Source of the DNA: an uncultured Chloroflexia bacterium
Lineage (GTDB): Bacteria; Chloroflexota; Limnocylindria; Limnocylindrales; CSP1-4
Direction: 5' to 3'
DNA: 64,000 nt
Assembly: GCA_963828165.1 (NCBI GenBank)
Contig: CAWHDR010000001.1
Location: 1,888,001-1,952,000, forward strand
A model generated the notes under the pieces. It did not search any database, was not told where the DNA came from, and was given only the letters and a program-made list of their open reading frames with translations. Positions 30,112 through 39,380 of the stretch are shown one piece after another; the stretch's first letter is position 1, and each line of letters begins with the position of its first letter. Position numbers and translations under genes: made by a program.

Positions 30112-31332
30112 TCAACCACCAATGCTGGACTTGAACTCTTCCCAGATCTCGACCCGGAGCGGATCGGTGGAGACATCCTCTGCGCCCTCGAGGCGGGGGA
30201 AGATGTCGTCGGGCACGAACACGGTTGGATTATCCAGCAGCTCCTGCGGGATGAACTCCTTCGCCGCGTCGTTCGGGGTCGCGTAGTAGTTGGTCCTGGT
30301 CTCTTCGGCCTGGATCTCCGGTTCGTGGATGAAGTTCAGGAACGCGTGTGCGGCGTTCGGGTGCGGAGCGTCGGCCAGGATCACCCAGGTATCCATCCAG
30401 TACAGCGTTCCGTCCTCCGGGATGATGTACCTGGTGTCGGCCGTTTCCGGCTCGGCGATCAGCTCGTCGATGCCGCCGGTCCATGTCAGGCCCAGGACAG
30501 CCTGCTCGTCCCGCAGCGGTTCTTCGTACGTGTCCGAGTTGAGGGCCAGGACGTGCGGTGCTAGACCCTTGAGCAGCGTCCGAGCCTCTTCGAGCTCCGC
30601 GGGCACGACGCTGTTCAGCGAGTAGCCAAGCGCCTTCAGCGGCGCGGTGAAGACGTCGCCGGGCGAGTCGACCACGACGATCTTGCCCGAGTACTTGGGG
30701 GCGACTTCGAAGAACTGCTTCCAGCTCTTGATCTCCTCGGTGACCACCTTGGTACGGACCGCGATGCCGGTCGTGCCCCAGTCCTTGGGGAGCTGCCACT
30801 CGTCGTTGGGATCCCACCAGAGCTTCTTGAATTGCGGGTTGATCAGGGAGCCGTTGGGAACCTTCGTCCAGTCGATCTTCTGCAGGAATCCGCCTTCCAC
30901 CATGGCGGGCACGAACTCCGCGGTAGGAGCCGCCACGTCGTAGAGGCCTGTCGCCCCGCCCTGGAGTCGCGTCAGCAGCTCCTCGTTGGACGGATAGATG
31001 TCGTACGTCCAATCCGTGATGTTGTATCGATCCTGGAACGCCGCGATGTTCTTCTCGGAGATGTAGTCCGCCCAGTTGTACATGTACAGGGCGCCTTCGG
31101 TCTCCACCACCGCCGCCGAGGCGGCCGGCGAGGCAGACCCGGCCGGGGCCGACGCAGGTGGGGCCACCGACGCTGCGGCGCTCGGAGACGTCCCTCCGCC
31201 GCTGGGGGTGCACGCGGCGATGAATGCGCTAAGCCCGGCCAGCCCGGTGCCGGCCAGGAACCCGCGTCGGTGGACCCGAGTCCGGGCCATCCGACGCATC
31301 AGCTCTTCGAGCTCTTTGTCTTTGTCTGCCAT
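30112..31332 (-). CDS. potD: Polyamine ABC transporter substrate-binding lipoprotein, Tat-exported
   Basis: HRRGFL Tat motif plus lipobox IAAC; YNWADYI, SNEEL, WGTTGI and PEDG..WMD motifs; ATG 31332 after SD GGAGGA. Confidence 0.87.
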   Translation of the reverse strand: MADKDKELEELMRRMARTRVHRRGFLAGTGLAGLSAFIAACTPSGGGTSPSAAASVAPPASAPAGSASPAASAAVVETEGALYMYNWADYISEKNIAAFQDRYNITDWTYDIYPSNEELLTRLQGGATGLYDVAAPTAEFVPAMVEGGFLQKIDWTKVPNGSLINPQFKKLWWDPNDEWQLPKDWGTTGIAVRTKVVTEEIKSWKQFFEVAPKYSGKIVVVDSPGDVFTAPLKALGYSLNSVVPAELEEARTLLKGLAPHVLALNSDTYEEPLRDEQAVLGLTWTGGIDELIAEPETADTRYIIPEDGTLYWMDTWVILADAPHPNAAHAFLNFIHEPEIQAEETRTNYYATPNDAAKEFIPQELLDNPTVFVPDDIFPRLEGAEDVSTDPLRVEIWEEFKSSIGG

Positions 31333-31373
31333 CTCGCTTGATCCTCCTCCCGGTCGCCCGGGTCGTTCCAACC

Positions 31374-32576
31374 TCAGCCAACGAGGACGAGGTTCGCCTC
31401 CTCATGCCAGCGCACGGTAACGGGATCCCCTGGCCCCATCCCCTGGCTCGTGCTTGCTCCCAGCTGGTTCTGCCGCCGGACGACCAGCTCGCCGGCCTGA
31501 TCAGTGTGGATCCGGTACTCCGTCTGGTCTCCGAGGTAGGTTCCCTGGTGGATGCGTCCCTGGATGTTGGTCCAGCCCGAGCCGCCGGCCGCGGGCGCGT
31601 CTGCGGACGTCGGCTGCACTTCGAGGTGCTCCGGCCGGATCGCGACACTGACCTCGCTGTCGATCGCCGGATGGGCGGTCGGGTCGGTGATCAAACCAGA
31701 GAGCCTGAGCCCTCCGTCCGATTCCACGACCGCCCGCCGTGTCCCGTCGTCGACGGACAGGATCCGACCCTTGAGCGCGTTCGACGTGCCGATGAAGTCG
31801 GCCACGAACCGGTTGACGGGCCGCTCATAGAGGTCCGTCGGGTTGCCCTGCTGCTGGATCTGGCCGTCGCGCATGACCACGATGACGTCGCTCATCGTGA
31901 GCGCCTCCTCCTGGTCGTGGGTCACGTAGACGAAGGTGATGCCGACCTCACGCTGGAGGGCCTTGAGCTCGAGCTGCATCTCCTTGCGCAGCTTGAGATC
32001 CAGCGCGCCCAGCGGCTCGTCGAGGAGCAGCACCGTGGGCCGATTGACGAGCGCACGGGCCAGCGCGACGCGCTGTTGCTGCCCGCCCGACATCTCCCAG
32101 GTTCGGCGCTTGCCGTATCCGGCGAGGCGCACGAGACCGAGGGCTTCGGTAACCCGGCGCTCCTCGTCGGCCTTGCCGACCTTGCGCTGGCGCAGCCCGT
32201 ATCCGACGTTCTGGGCGACGTTCATGTGCGGGAACAGCGCGTAATGCTGGAAGACCGTGTTGACGTTGCGCTGATACGGCGGGACGCCCGCGATCGGCTG
32301 GCCCGACAGCAGGATCTCGCCTTCTGTCGGCTGCTCGAATCCGGCGATCATCCGCAGCGTCGTGGTCTTGCCACAGCCGGACGGTCCCAGGAGCGAGTAG
32401 AACGTGCCACGGGCGATCGAGAGGTCCATGGCGTCGACGGCCGTGACGGACCCGAAGCGCTTGGTCACGCCGATGATCTCGACGTCCGGGGCGGCCGCAC
32501 CCGCGGTGATCGGGGCGACGGACCCGGCGGTCCCGCTCGTCGCGAGCGGGGCGTCAGAGGTCAGGGAGGCGGTCAA
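31374..32576 (-). CDS. potA: Polyamine ABC transporter ATP-binding subunit
   Basis: GPSGCGKTT, VNTVFQHYALFPHM, MSGGQQQR and LLDEPLGALDLKLRKEMQ motifs; TOBE-like C-terminus. Confidence 0.92.
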   Translation of the reverse strand: MTASLTSDAPLATSGTAGSVAPITAGAAAPDVEIIGVTKRFGSVTAVDAMDLSIARGTFYSLLGPSGCGKTTTLRMIAGFEQPTEGEILLSGQPIAGVPPYQRNVNTVFQHYALFPHMNVAQNVGYGLRQRKVGKADEERRVTEALGLVRLAGYGKRRTWEMSGGQQQRVALARALVNRPTVLLLDEPLGALDLKLRKEMQLELKALQREVGITFVYVTHDQEEALTMSDVIVVMRDGQIQQQGNPTDLYERPVNRFVADFIGTSNALKGRILSVDDGTRRAVVESDGGLRLSGLITDPTAHPAIDSEVSVAIRPEHLEVQPTSADAPAAGGSGWTNIQGRIHQGTYLGDQTEYRIHTDQAGELVVRRQNQLGASTSQGMGPGDPVTVRWHEEANLVLVG

Positions 32577-32733
32577 CGGCGGTCCTCGCGCATCGGTTCC
32601 GGTCGCTGATCTACATCGCTGTAGCCGTGCTACAGGGTCGCTGCATCGTACGGGCGAGCCGAGCGCTCGTCAACGCGTCGCCCGTGCGAATCTCGTAGGT
32701 GCGTCTGGGTGAAACGCGACGATGGACAGCGGT

Positions 32734-32752
32734 CCTGAACCTATACTTCAGG
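32734..32752. promoter_or_regulatory. Palindromic operator candidate CCTGAA-N7-TTCAGG overlapping a TATACT -10 box
   Basis: cctgaa-cctatac-ttcagg lies between the divergent potA and XRE-cupin genes. Confidence 0.55.
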
Positions 32753-32790
32753 CAAATCGCAGTCGATCGCCCTCGACCCGGAGGACGCCC

Positions 32791-33345
32791 GTGGTCACCG
32801 AGCTCCAGTTGGGGACCCGCATCCGATCCCTGCGCCAGGCGCGCCACCTGACCCTGCGGGAGGTGGCCGACCGCGCCGGCGTGACCGAGAGCTTCCTGTC
32901 ACAGGTGGAGCGCGACGTGACGAGTCCGTCGATCGCCACCGTCCATCGCGTCGCCCGCGCGCTCGGCCTCTCGATCGCCCAGCTCTTCGCCGAAGATGCC
33001 GAAACGGGGCGTGTCGTCCGCCGGGAGGCCCGCCGGCGGATCGCCTACCCGGGACTTGGGGCCGTCGATGAGTTCCTCACCTCCAACCTGGCTGGACGCC
33101 TCCAGGTGATCATGTCGACGATCGATCCCGGGGGAGGCACCGGCCCCGAGCCATACACGCACGACTCGGACGAGGAGGTGGTCGTCGTGCTGAGCGGCGT
33201 CCTGGACCTGTGGGTCGCTGACGAGCATTACGTCCTGCGCGAGGGCGACGCGATCACATTCCCGTCGCGGCTTCCGCACTGGAACGCCAATCATGGCGAT
33301 GTACCGGCGACGGTGCTCTTCTGCCTGACGCCGCCGAGTTTCTGA
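32791..33345 (+). CDS. XRE-family HTH regulator with cupin sensor (PuuR-like)
   Basis: LGTRIRSLRQARHLTLREVA...SFLSQVER..SPSIATV HTH; cupin H..E...LSG...EGDAITF....PH; GTG 32791 after SD GGAGG; divergent from potABCD. Confidence 0.88.
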   Translation: MVTELQLGTRIRSLRQARHLTLREVADRAGVTESFLSQVERDVTSPSIATVHRVARALGLSIAQLFAEDAETGRVVRREARRRIAYPGLGAVDEFLTSNLAGRLQVIMSTIDPGGGTGPEPYTHDSDEEVVVVLSGVLDLWVADEHYVLREGDAITFPSRLPHWNANHGDVPATVLFCLTPPSF

Positions 33346-33441
33346 GCCGGTGCGGCGTCGCACCGGCCGGACCATCGTGGCTGGTGCGCCGGGGACCTTC
33401 GACCGGGACCGACGGGCATCTACGGGGCGTAGGCTCATCGA

Positions 33442-34353
33442 ATGAACGCACGACGGGAAGTGCTGCCCCGCGTCCGCCGTTGGCTCGTTGCCGCCGGTCT
33501 TGGGCTGTCGCTGCTCGGATCCGTGCCATGGGCGGTCACAGCCGCCGAGGAACCAACGGCCGACCCGACGCCTGCGCCGACGGCCGAGCCGACGCCTTCG
33601 CCGGACCCGACCGCGACCCCGACTGCCGCGCCGACCGCGACCCCGACCGCCGCGCCGACCGCCAGCCCTACGCCAACCCCCACCGCGCGGCCCACGGCCA
33701 CACCCACGCCGCGCCCCACCACAGCCCCGACGGCAGCCCCGACACCGACGCCCGGCCCGACGCCACGCCGCACCCCGGTCATCACGAAGGTCAACCTCTA
33801 CCGCTCGACGGCGATGGTCCGCCAGTACACCAACTACTGGTGCGTGCCGGCGGCGACCCAATCCATGGTCAATCTCGTTCGCCGTACCTCCAACCGCAGT
33901 TACCGGACCCAGCAGTTCTATTACAAGAAGATCCGCATGCACAATCGCTACTCCTACCGGACGCGCGGCAACGATCCGCAAGGCTGGGCGTGGGGCCTGC
34001 GCTACTTCTCGCGCGGTACCGCGATGTACGCCCCGCGGGCGTACACGAACAAGCAGCAGGCGCTCGACTACATCGTCAAGTCGATCGCGCGCTACAAGGA
34101 CCCGGTCGGTGTCACCATCAAGAACGGGACCCACGCCTGGGTCGTCCTCGGCTATCGAACCAGCCACGACCCGATCGAGCCGACGAAGAAGACGATCCTG
34201 GGCTATTACGTCAGCGGCCCGTTGGGTTCGACGGCCGACAAGTGGCCGTATCGGTACCTGACCACGAGCCAGTTCAAGACGTACTTCACTCGCTATCACG
34301 AGTGGCAGCGCAAGGTCGTGTGGGAAGGCAAGTGGGTCGTCATCGCCCAGTGA
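33442..34353 (+). CDS. Secreted protein: signal peptide, Pro/Thr stalk and C39-like papain-fold domain
   Basis: Signal ending VTA-AEE; PT repeats; QYTNYWCVPAA (Q/C) and HAWVVLGY (H) motifs. Confidence 0.75.
   Translation: MNARREVLPRVRRWLVAAGLGLSLLGSVPWAVTAAEEPTADPTPAPTAEPTPSPDPTATPTAAPTATPTAAPTASPTPTPTARPTATPTPRPTTAPTAAPTPTPGPTPRRTPVITKVNLYRSTAMVRQYTNYWCVPAATQSMVNLVRRTSNRSYRTQQFYYKKIRMHNRYSYRTRGNDPQGWAWGLRYFSRGTAMYAPRAYTNKQQALDYIVKSIARYKDPVGVTIKNGTHAWVVLGYRTSHDPIEPTKKTILGYYVSGPLGSTADKWPYRYLTTSQFKTYFTRYHEWQRKVVWEGKWVVIAQ
33550..33765 (+). repeat. Low-complexity Pro-Thr-Ala repeat
   Basis: Repeated ccgacc/ccgacg/gcgccg units translating to PTATPTAAPT... Confidence 0.8.
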
Positions 34354-34396
34354 GGCCCGGTTCGCGACCCTCCCGCGGCGCTACGATGACCACCAC

Positions 34397-35476
34397 ATGT
34401 ACGCCGTCATCATGGCCGGCGGCGGTGGGACCCGACTCCATCCCCTGAGCCGGCCCGAGCGCCCGAAGCCCTTCCTGCCGCTGCTCAACGACGAATCCCT
34501 GCTCCAGGCCACGGAGCGGCGGCTGCGGCGGCTGACCGACGACATCACGGTCGTGACCGAGAGTCGCTATGAGCGGCTGGTCCGCGACCAGCTCCCCGAA
34601 GCCGCCCTGCTCCTCGAGCCGATGGGGCGCAACACCGCGGCCGCGATCGCGCTCGCGACCATCGCCCTGGATCGGCCACCGGATGACGTCATGCTCGTCG
34701 TCCCGGCGGACGCGCACATCGATCCCGCGCGCGAAGAAATCTTCCAACACGTGCTGGAGATCGCTGCGGATCACCTCGCGACGGGGGCGTTCGAGATCGA
34801 CGCGCCCCTCGTGACGCTCGGGACACAGGTGATCCGCCCGGCCGTCGAGTACGGCTACCTCCTGCCGGACCTCGCGCGCGGCGCGGACATCGGCGATCCG
34901 GCCCGGCCGATCCGTGCGTATCCGCTCAAGGCGTTCGAGGAGAAGCCCAAACCGGATCGAGCCGAGGACCTGTTCAAACGCACCGAAGGTGCCGCCTGGA
35001 ACGCGGGCATGTTCCTGTGGCGCCGGCGGGCGATCCGAGCCGCGCTCATGCGGTACACGGGCCTCATCCAGTCCATCGAGCCGATGTTCGGCTCGGCGGA
35101 CCAGCTGGCCCACGCCTACGAGGCGATCCGCACGCCGCTCTCGATCGACCACGCCGTGATGGAGAGCGCGGCGCGCAATGGCGAAGTCGCGATGGCGTCG
35201 ATGGATGTCGGCTGGTCGGATCTCGGGTCGTGGTCGGCGTTGCTCGGCGCGCTCGGCGCTCGGGGTGAAGGGGCCGTCGTCCAGGCCGGCGAAACGGTCG
35301 TGGTCGGTGACGACGATCTCGTGGTTCGCCGGGTCGACGGACGGCTCGGGGTCATCGCCCCTCCGGAGCGCGGTAGCATGACGGCCACGCAGCCGATCGC
35401 GGTCCTTCGCGGATCGGCACCCGACATCGAGCGCATCCGCGAGCTCATCGACCGTTGCTCGCAGGCGGGAGGCTGA
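34397..35476 (+). CDS. manC: Mannose-1-phosphate guanylyltransferase
   Basis: IMAGGGGTRLHPLS..PKPF, EPMGRNTA, PADAHI, YGY, FEEKP, WNAGMF, SIDHAVME and WSDLGSW motifs. Confidence 0.88.
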   Translation: MYAVIMAGGGGTRLHPLSRPERPKPFLPLLNDESLLQATERRLRRLTDDITVVTESRYERLVRDQLPEAALLLEPMGRNTAAAIALATIALDRPPDDVMLVVPADAHIDPAREEIFQHVLEIAADHLATGAFEIDAPLVTLGTQVIRPAVEYGYLLPDLARGADIGDPARPIRAYPLKAFEEKPKPDRAEDLFKRTEGAAWNAGMFLWRRRAIRAALMRYTGLIQSIEPMFGSADQLAHAYEAIRTPLSIDHAVMESAARNGEVAMASMDVGWSDLGSWSALLGALGARGEGAVVQAGETVVVGDDDLVVRRVDGRLGVIAPPERGSMTATQPIAVLRGSAPDIERIRELIDRCSQAGG

Positions 35477-36958
35477 TTGACCACGACGGCCGGAGCGGCG
35501 ACGCCGACTTCCATCATCTTCGGCACGGATGGCTGGCGGGCACGCGTCGCCGACGAGTTCACCTTCGACAACGTGCGCCGCTGTGCCGACGGCGTCGCGC
35601 AGTACGTCACCGACGGGGGCGCGTCGGCGAAGGGCGTGGTCGTGGCATTCGACCGGCGCTTCGCGTCGGAGCACTTCGCGGAGGCTGCGGCAGAGATCCT
35701 GCTGGCCCGGGATATCCCGGTCTTCCTCGCGGTCCACGCCGTGCCGACCCAGATGAGCTCGTACGAGGTCGTCCAGCGAGGGGCGGCGGCGGGGATCGTG
35801 ATCACGGCCAGTCACAACCCGTGGGTGGACAACGGGTTCAAGATCAAGGCACCCACCGGCGCAGCCGCCGGTCCGGAGATCCTGGCGGCCGTCGAGGCCC
35901 GGCTCGCCGTCAATGGCCACGAGCGGCTCGACCGCCGGTCATTGGCGGACGCCGAGGCCGCCGGGCTCGTCGAGCGCTTCGACCCGTTCGATGGGTACGA
36001 GGCGTTCGTTCGGAGGACGGTGGACCTGGATGCGCTCCGGGCGGCCGATCTCAACGTCCTCGTCGACCCGTTGTGGGGGGCCGGGTCGGGCTGGCTGAGC
36101 CGCCTGCTCGCGGGTGGGCGCATCCGGATCGACGAGATCCACCAGGAGCGCAATCCCTACTTCGGTGGCGTCAACCCCGAGCCCATCCGTCCGAACATCG
36201 ATGAGGCGCTCGGCCTTCTCGAGCGTGGCACGTACGACCTGGGACTCCTGCTCGACGGCGACGCGGACCGTGCTGGAGCCGCGGACGAGCGGGGGACGTT
36301 CATCCACCAGCTCGAGGTCACGGGGCTCCTGATGTACTACCTCGCCGAGCATCGCGGCTGGCGCGACCCGGTCGTGGTCAGCGTGAACAACACATCCATG
36401 GCCGCCCGCCTGGGCGAGCGGTTCGGGATCGAGACCCACGAGACTCCGGTCGGATTCAAGTTCATCGGTCCCAGGATGATCGAGACCGGCGCGATGATGG
36501 GGGCCGAGGAGTCGGGAGGCTTCGGTTTCGGGATGCACCTGCCCGAGCGGGACGGGATCTACGCGGACCTGCTGCTCCTCGACCTGTTCATGCGCGAGCG
36601 AGCCGCCGGCCGCTGGCCGGTGTCGGTCGCCATGCAGCACTTTCACGAGGTCGCGGGCCCGTCGTTCTATCGCCGCATCGACGTCCACGTGGATCGCGCC
36701 GAGTACGCCAACGTCAAGCGACGGCTCCTCGTGGACCTCGCCGCTGACTCGCCGACGGAGCTAGCTGGCGAAGCAGTCGACCACACGGTCGCGCTGGACA
36801 CCGGTGATGGGTACAAGTTCTTCCTGGCAGACGGCTCATGGCTGCTGATCCGCGCGTCGGGTACGGAGCCGCTGGTCCGCGTGTACACGGAGGCGACCGC
36901 TCCGGAGCTGCGGGAGGCGTTGCTCGTCGCGGGCGAGGCCCTGGTCCGCGGCTCGTGA
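35477..36958 (+). CDS. Phosphomannomutase/phosphoglucomutase
   Basis: FGTDGWR, TASHNP (catalytic Ser), DGDADR, GAEESGG and RASGTEP motifs. Confidence 0.93.
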   Translation: MTTTAGAATPTSIIFGTDGWRARVADEFTFDNVRRCADGVAQYVTDGGASAKGVVVAFDRRFASEHFAEAAAEILLARDIPVFLAVHAVPTQMSSYEVVQRGAAAGIVITASHNPWVDNGFKIKAPTGAAAGPEILAAVEARLAVNGHERLDRRSLADAEAAGLVERFDPFDGYEAFVRRTVDLDALRAADLNVLVDPLWGAGSGWLSRLLAGGRIRIDEIHQERNPYFGGVNPEPIRPNIDEALGLLERGTYDLGLLLDGDADRAGAADERGTFIHQLEVTGLLMYYLAEHRGWRDPVVVSVNNTSMAARLGERFGIETHETPVGFKFIGPRMIETGAMMGAEESGGFGFGMHLPERDGIYADLLLLDLFMRERAAGRWPVSVAMQHFHEVAGPSFYRRIDVHVDRAEYANVKRRLLVDLAADSPTELAGEAVDHTVALDTGDGYKFFLADGSWLLIRASGTEPLVRVYTEATAPELREALLVAGEALVRGS

Positions 36959-37332
36959 CGACGGACGACGGGACTGCCCGGCGGGTCGACAAGCCGTGGG
37001 GCCACGAGCTCATCTGGGCCCACACCGACCAGTACGTGGGCAAGGTCCTGGTCATCGAGACGGGCAAACGCCTGTCGCTGCAGCGGCACGAGATCAAGGA
37101 CGAGACGATCCTCGTGCACTCGGGGCGGCTGCGACTCTTCCTCGAGGACGACGACGGCGTCGTCCGAGAGTCGGAGCTGGGGCCGGGCCAGCATCGGCGA
37201 GTCCCGACCGGTCGGGTGCACCGATACGAGGCCATCGAGCGCTGCGAGCTCATCGAAGTGTCGACCCCGGAGCTCGACGACGTGGTCCGTCTCGAGGACG
37301 ATTTCGGGCGGGAGGGTACTAGCGCCCCGTAA
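36955..37332 (+). CDS. Cupin, mannose-6-phosphate isomerase type II-like
   Basis: VDKPWGHE, LSLQRHEIKDET, HRY, IEVSTPE and DVVRLEDDFGR motifs; GTGA overlap start. Confidence 0.85.
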   Translation: MTTDDGTARRVDKPWGHELIWAHTDQYVGKVLVIETGKRLSLQRHEIKDETILVHSGRLRLFLEDDDGVVRESELGPGQHRRVPTGRVHRYEAIERCELIEVSTPELDDVVRLEDDFGREGTSAP

Positions 37333-37474
37333 CGCCCCGATAGGATGATTTCCGGGGGTGACCGCTGGGGTCGCGCGGTGTAGGCTGAAGGCACGCGACC
37401 GCCACCACCGGTCGAAGGTGCAGACCGGACGGCGGCCTCGTCAGCGCCCCCAGGGGCGACGGAGGTTTGGACCG

Positions 37475-37753
37475 ATGCACAGCTCACTGATCGGCAAGGT
37501 CGAGAAGGCGAATCGGTACGCGCGAGAACTCGATCGGATCACGGTCGACCGCCTGTCCCTCACCTTCCGCGGCGACAACGACACGCACCATGTCGCCCTC
37601 GATGCCGGCCAGTGGCGTTGCACCTGCCACTACTTCGAGAGTTGGGGTTCCTGCGTCCATCTCCTCACGCTGCAGAAGGTGATGGGGGTCATGCTGCCCG
37701 AGGAGGCGCAGGTCTCGATCTTCTCGGCCGGGGAGGCCGTCCCGACCTCCTGA
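37475..37753 (+). CDS. Small stand-alone SWIM zinc-finger protein
   Basis: MHSSLIGKVEKANRYA...WRCTC..F.....CVH (CxC-x-CxH); SD GGAGG. Confidence 0.8.
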   Translation: MHSSLIGKVEKANRYARELDRITVDRLSLTFRGDNDTHHVALDAGQWRCTCHYFESWGSCVHLLTLQKVMGVMLPEEAQVSIFSAGEAVPTS

Positions 37754-37780
37754 TCCCGGGACGCGTCCGCGTCCCGCTCG

Positions 37781-38740
37781 TTACCTGAGCCAGGCGACCT
37801 CGCCGCCACGAGTGGCGAGCACACGGCGCCATCCATCGGCGCCGTCGTGGACGTGGGACTCGGTCGTTCCGTCCTCGCGGAGCCAGACGATCGCCAGCCG
37901 TCGCCCGGTTGCATCGAGCGCCAGCCTGATCGCTTCCGTAAAGCCCTCCGGAACGTCGACGGAACCGATCGACGTGCCGTCGTCAGCGAGCCAGCCCTTC
38001 GACGAGCGGAGGACGACGGGCTTTCCGGCTCCGGCCGATGTCGCGACGACGGTGCCGTCAGCGGACGTCGCCAGGTGGAGCTCACCCGCCGGACCCTTCG
38101 CGATCTTTCCGTTGCTCGTGTCGAGCACGTTCGAGACCGGCTCCTGGACACGCCCTCGCACCAGGGCCAGCCGGTTATCGTCCAACCAGACCGGTGCGTC
38201 CGCGAGCAGGGGCATGTCGAGTGGGATCGTGGTCAGCGTTCCTTCCTTCGGATCGACCAGCAGCAGGGAGTAGTCGCCGCGATCGCCACTGAACGCCGCG
38301 AACCGGCGTCCCGACGGGTCCCAGGTCGCGGACCAGATCCGTGGCGGGAGGGACGCCCCGGACTCGTCCTTGACCTCTACGGGTCGCCATTCGAGCGACG
38401 CGACGTCGACCGCCGACCCGCGAGGATCGACCGGATCGCTCGTGACCATGCCTCCGTCCGCCGTCGTCGCGACCAGAATGCCGCCGCGACCAGCCGAGAT
38501 CCAGGTCGCCCCATCGGCTGGCAGCGGCAGGCCGATCGCGACGGCACCGTCCGACTCCGGCCTGGTTGCAAGGACGTCCAGACTCGCGGGTTCGTCCGTG
38601 GCCAGAACGAGGAGGCCGTCGGCCGGCTGCTCGGCGGCGCCCGCGTCGGCCTGGCAGGCGGCGAGGAGGAGTAGGACGGCGAGGGTCGCCGCGGCGCGGC
38701 GACCGGGTCGACTGGCGAGGGTGGCCAGCGAGGAGCCCAT
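37781..38740 (-). CDS. Putative lipoprotein with TolB/WD40-like beta-propeller repeats
   Basis: Lipobox LLLAAC; repeats WDPSGRRFA, PVWLDDNRL, TSADGTVVA and LDATGRRLA; ATG 38740. Confidence 0.7.
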   Translation of the reverse strand: MGSSLATLASRPGRRAAATLAVLLLLAACQADAGAAEQPADGLLVLATDEPASLDVLATRPESDGAVAIGLPLPADGATWISAGRGGILVATTADGGMVTSDPVDPRGSAVDVASLEWRPVEVKDESGASLPPRIWSATWDPSGRRFAAFSGDRGDYSLLLVDPKEGTLTTIPLDMPLLADAPVWLDDNRLALVRGRVQEPVSNVLDTSNGKIAKGPAGELHLATSADGTVVATSAGAGKPVVLRSSKGWLADDGTSIGSVDVPEGFTEAIRLALDATGRRLAIVWLREDGTTESHVHDGADGWRRVLATRGGEVAWLR

Positions 38741-38768
38741 CCGCGGCAGTGTGCCACCCCCGAGCGGT

Positions 38769-39359
38769 TCACTCCACTTCGAGACGCCAGAAGTAGCGGG
38801 CGTCGCCGACTCCGGGAGCGAACTGGACGAACACCTCGACGGTCCATGCCCCCGGTTCTGGGGCGTCGAATCGGGGGTTCCCGGCGCCTTCGCCGAGCGA
38901 GGTCGCGTCCTCCGGGCCGCCAGCGGCCGACGGGACGTAGCGAGCGGTCCATGCCCGGATCTCACCGTCCGGCACGAGCGTGACGCTCAACGGCTCGCCG
39001 ACCCCGACCGCAAGCGGAGCGCCCGGGAGCCACGGGGAATCACTGCCCGACTCGAGCCAGACGTACGTGCCGAGCTGACCGGCGACGGGATCACCGCCCT
39101 CCGCTGTCAGGAGGGCATCCGGCGGAGCATCCCGACCCGGGACGGTGGGTGACGGCCCGCTTGGGGTCGCGGGGATTCCGGAGGCCGACGGCGTCACCAG
39201 GGACGCCGTCGCCGGGGCTGCGGTCCCGTCCGATGCCGTCGCCGCAGGGATGCCCGCCATCGGCGTCGGCGCTGGTCCGCAAGCGAGGACGAGCCCAGCC
39301 AGGATCGCCACCGCGACGGGTATGCCGGCCAGGTTGGAGAACGACGATCTGGGCGCCAC
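38769..39359 (-). CDS. Putative lipoprotein with a Pro/Ala/Thr linker and small beta-sandwich
   Basis: VLAC lipobox; GQLGTYVW and PGAWTVEVFVQF..GDARYFWRL; SD GGAG. Confidence 0.7.
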   Translation of the reverse strand: MAPRSSFSNLAGIPVAVAILAGLVLACGPAPTPMAGIPAATASDGTAAPATASLVTPSASGIPATPSGPSPTVPGRDAPPDALLTAEGGDPVAGQLGTYVWLESGSDSPWLPGAPLAVGVGEPLSVTLVPDGEIRAWTARYVPSAAGGPEDATSLGEGAGNPRFDAPEPGAWTVEVFVQFAPGVGDARYFWRLEVE

Positions 39360-39380
39360 CGGATCTCCTTCCCTTTCCCG

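Noticed and set aside
32619-32635. Guanidine-II (ACGR loop) hairpin in the potA leader
   Set aside because: Only one hairpin, and its ACGG is not closed by the required G-C pair; the riboswitch needs tandem hairpins.
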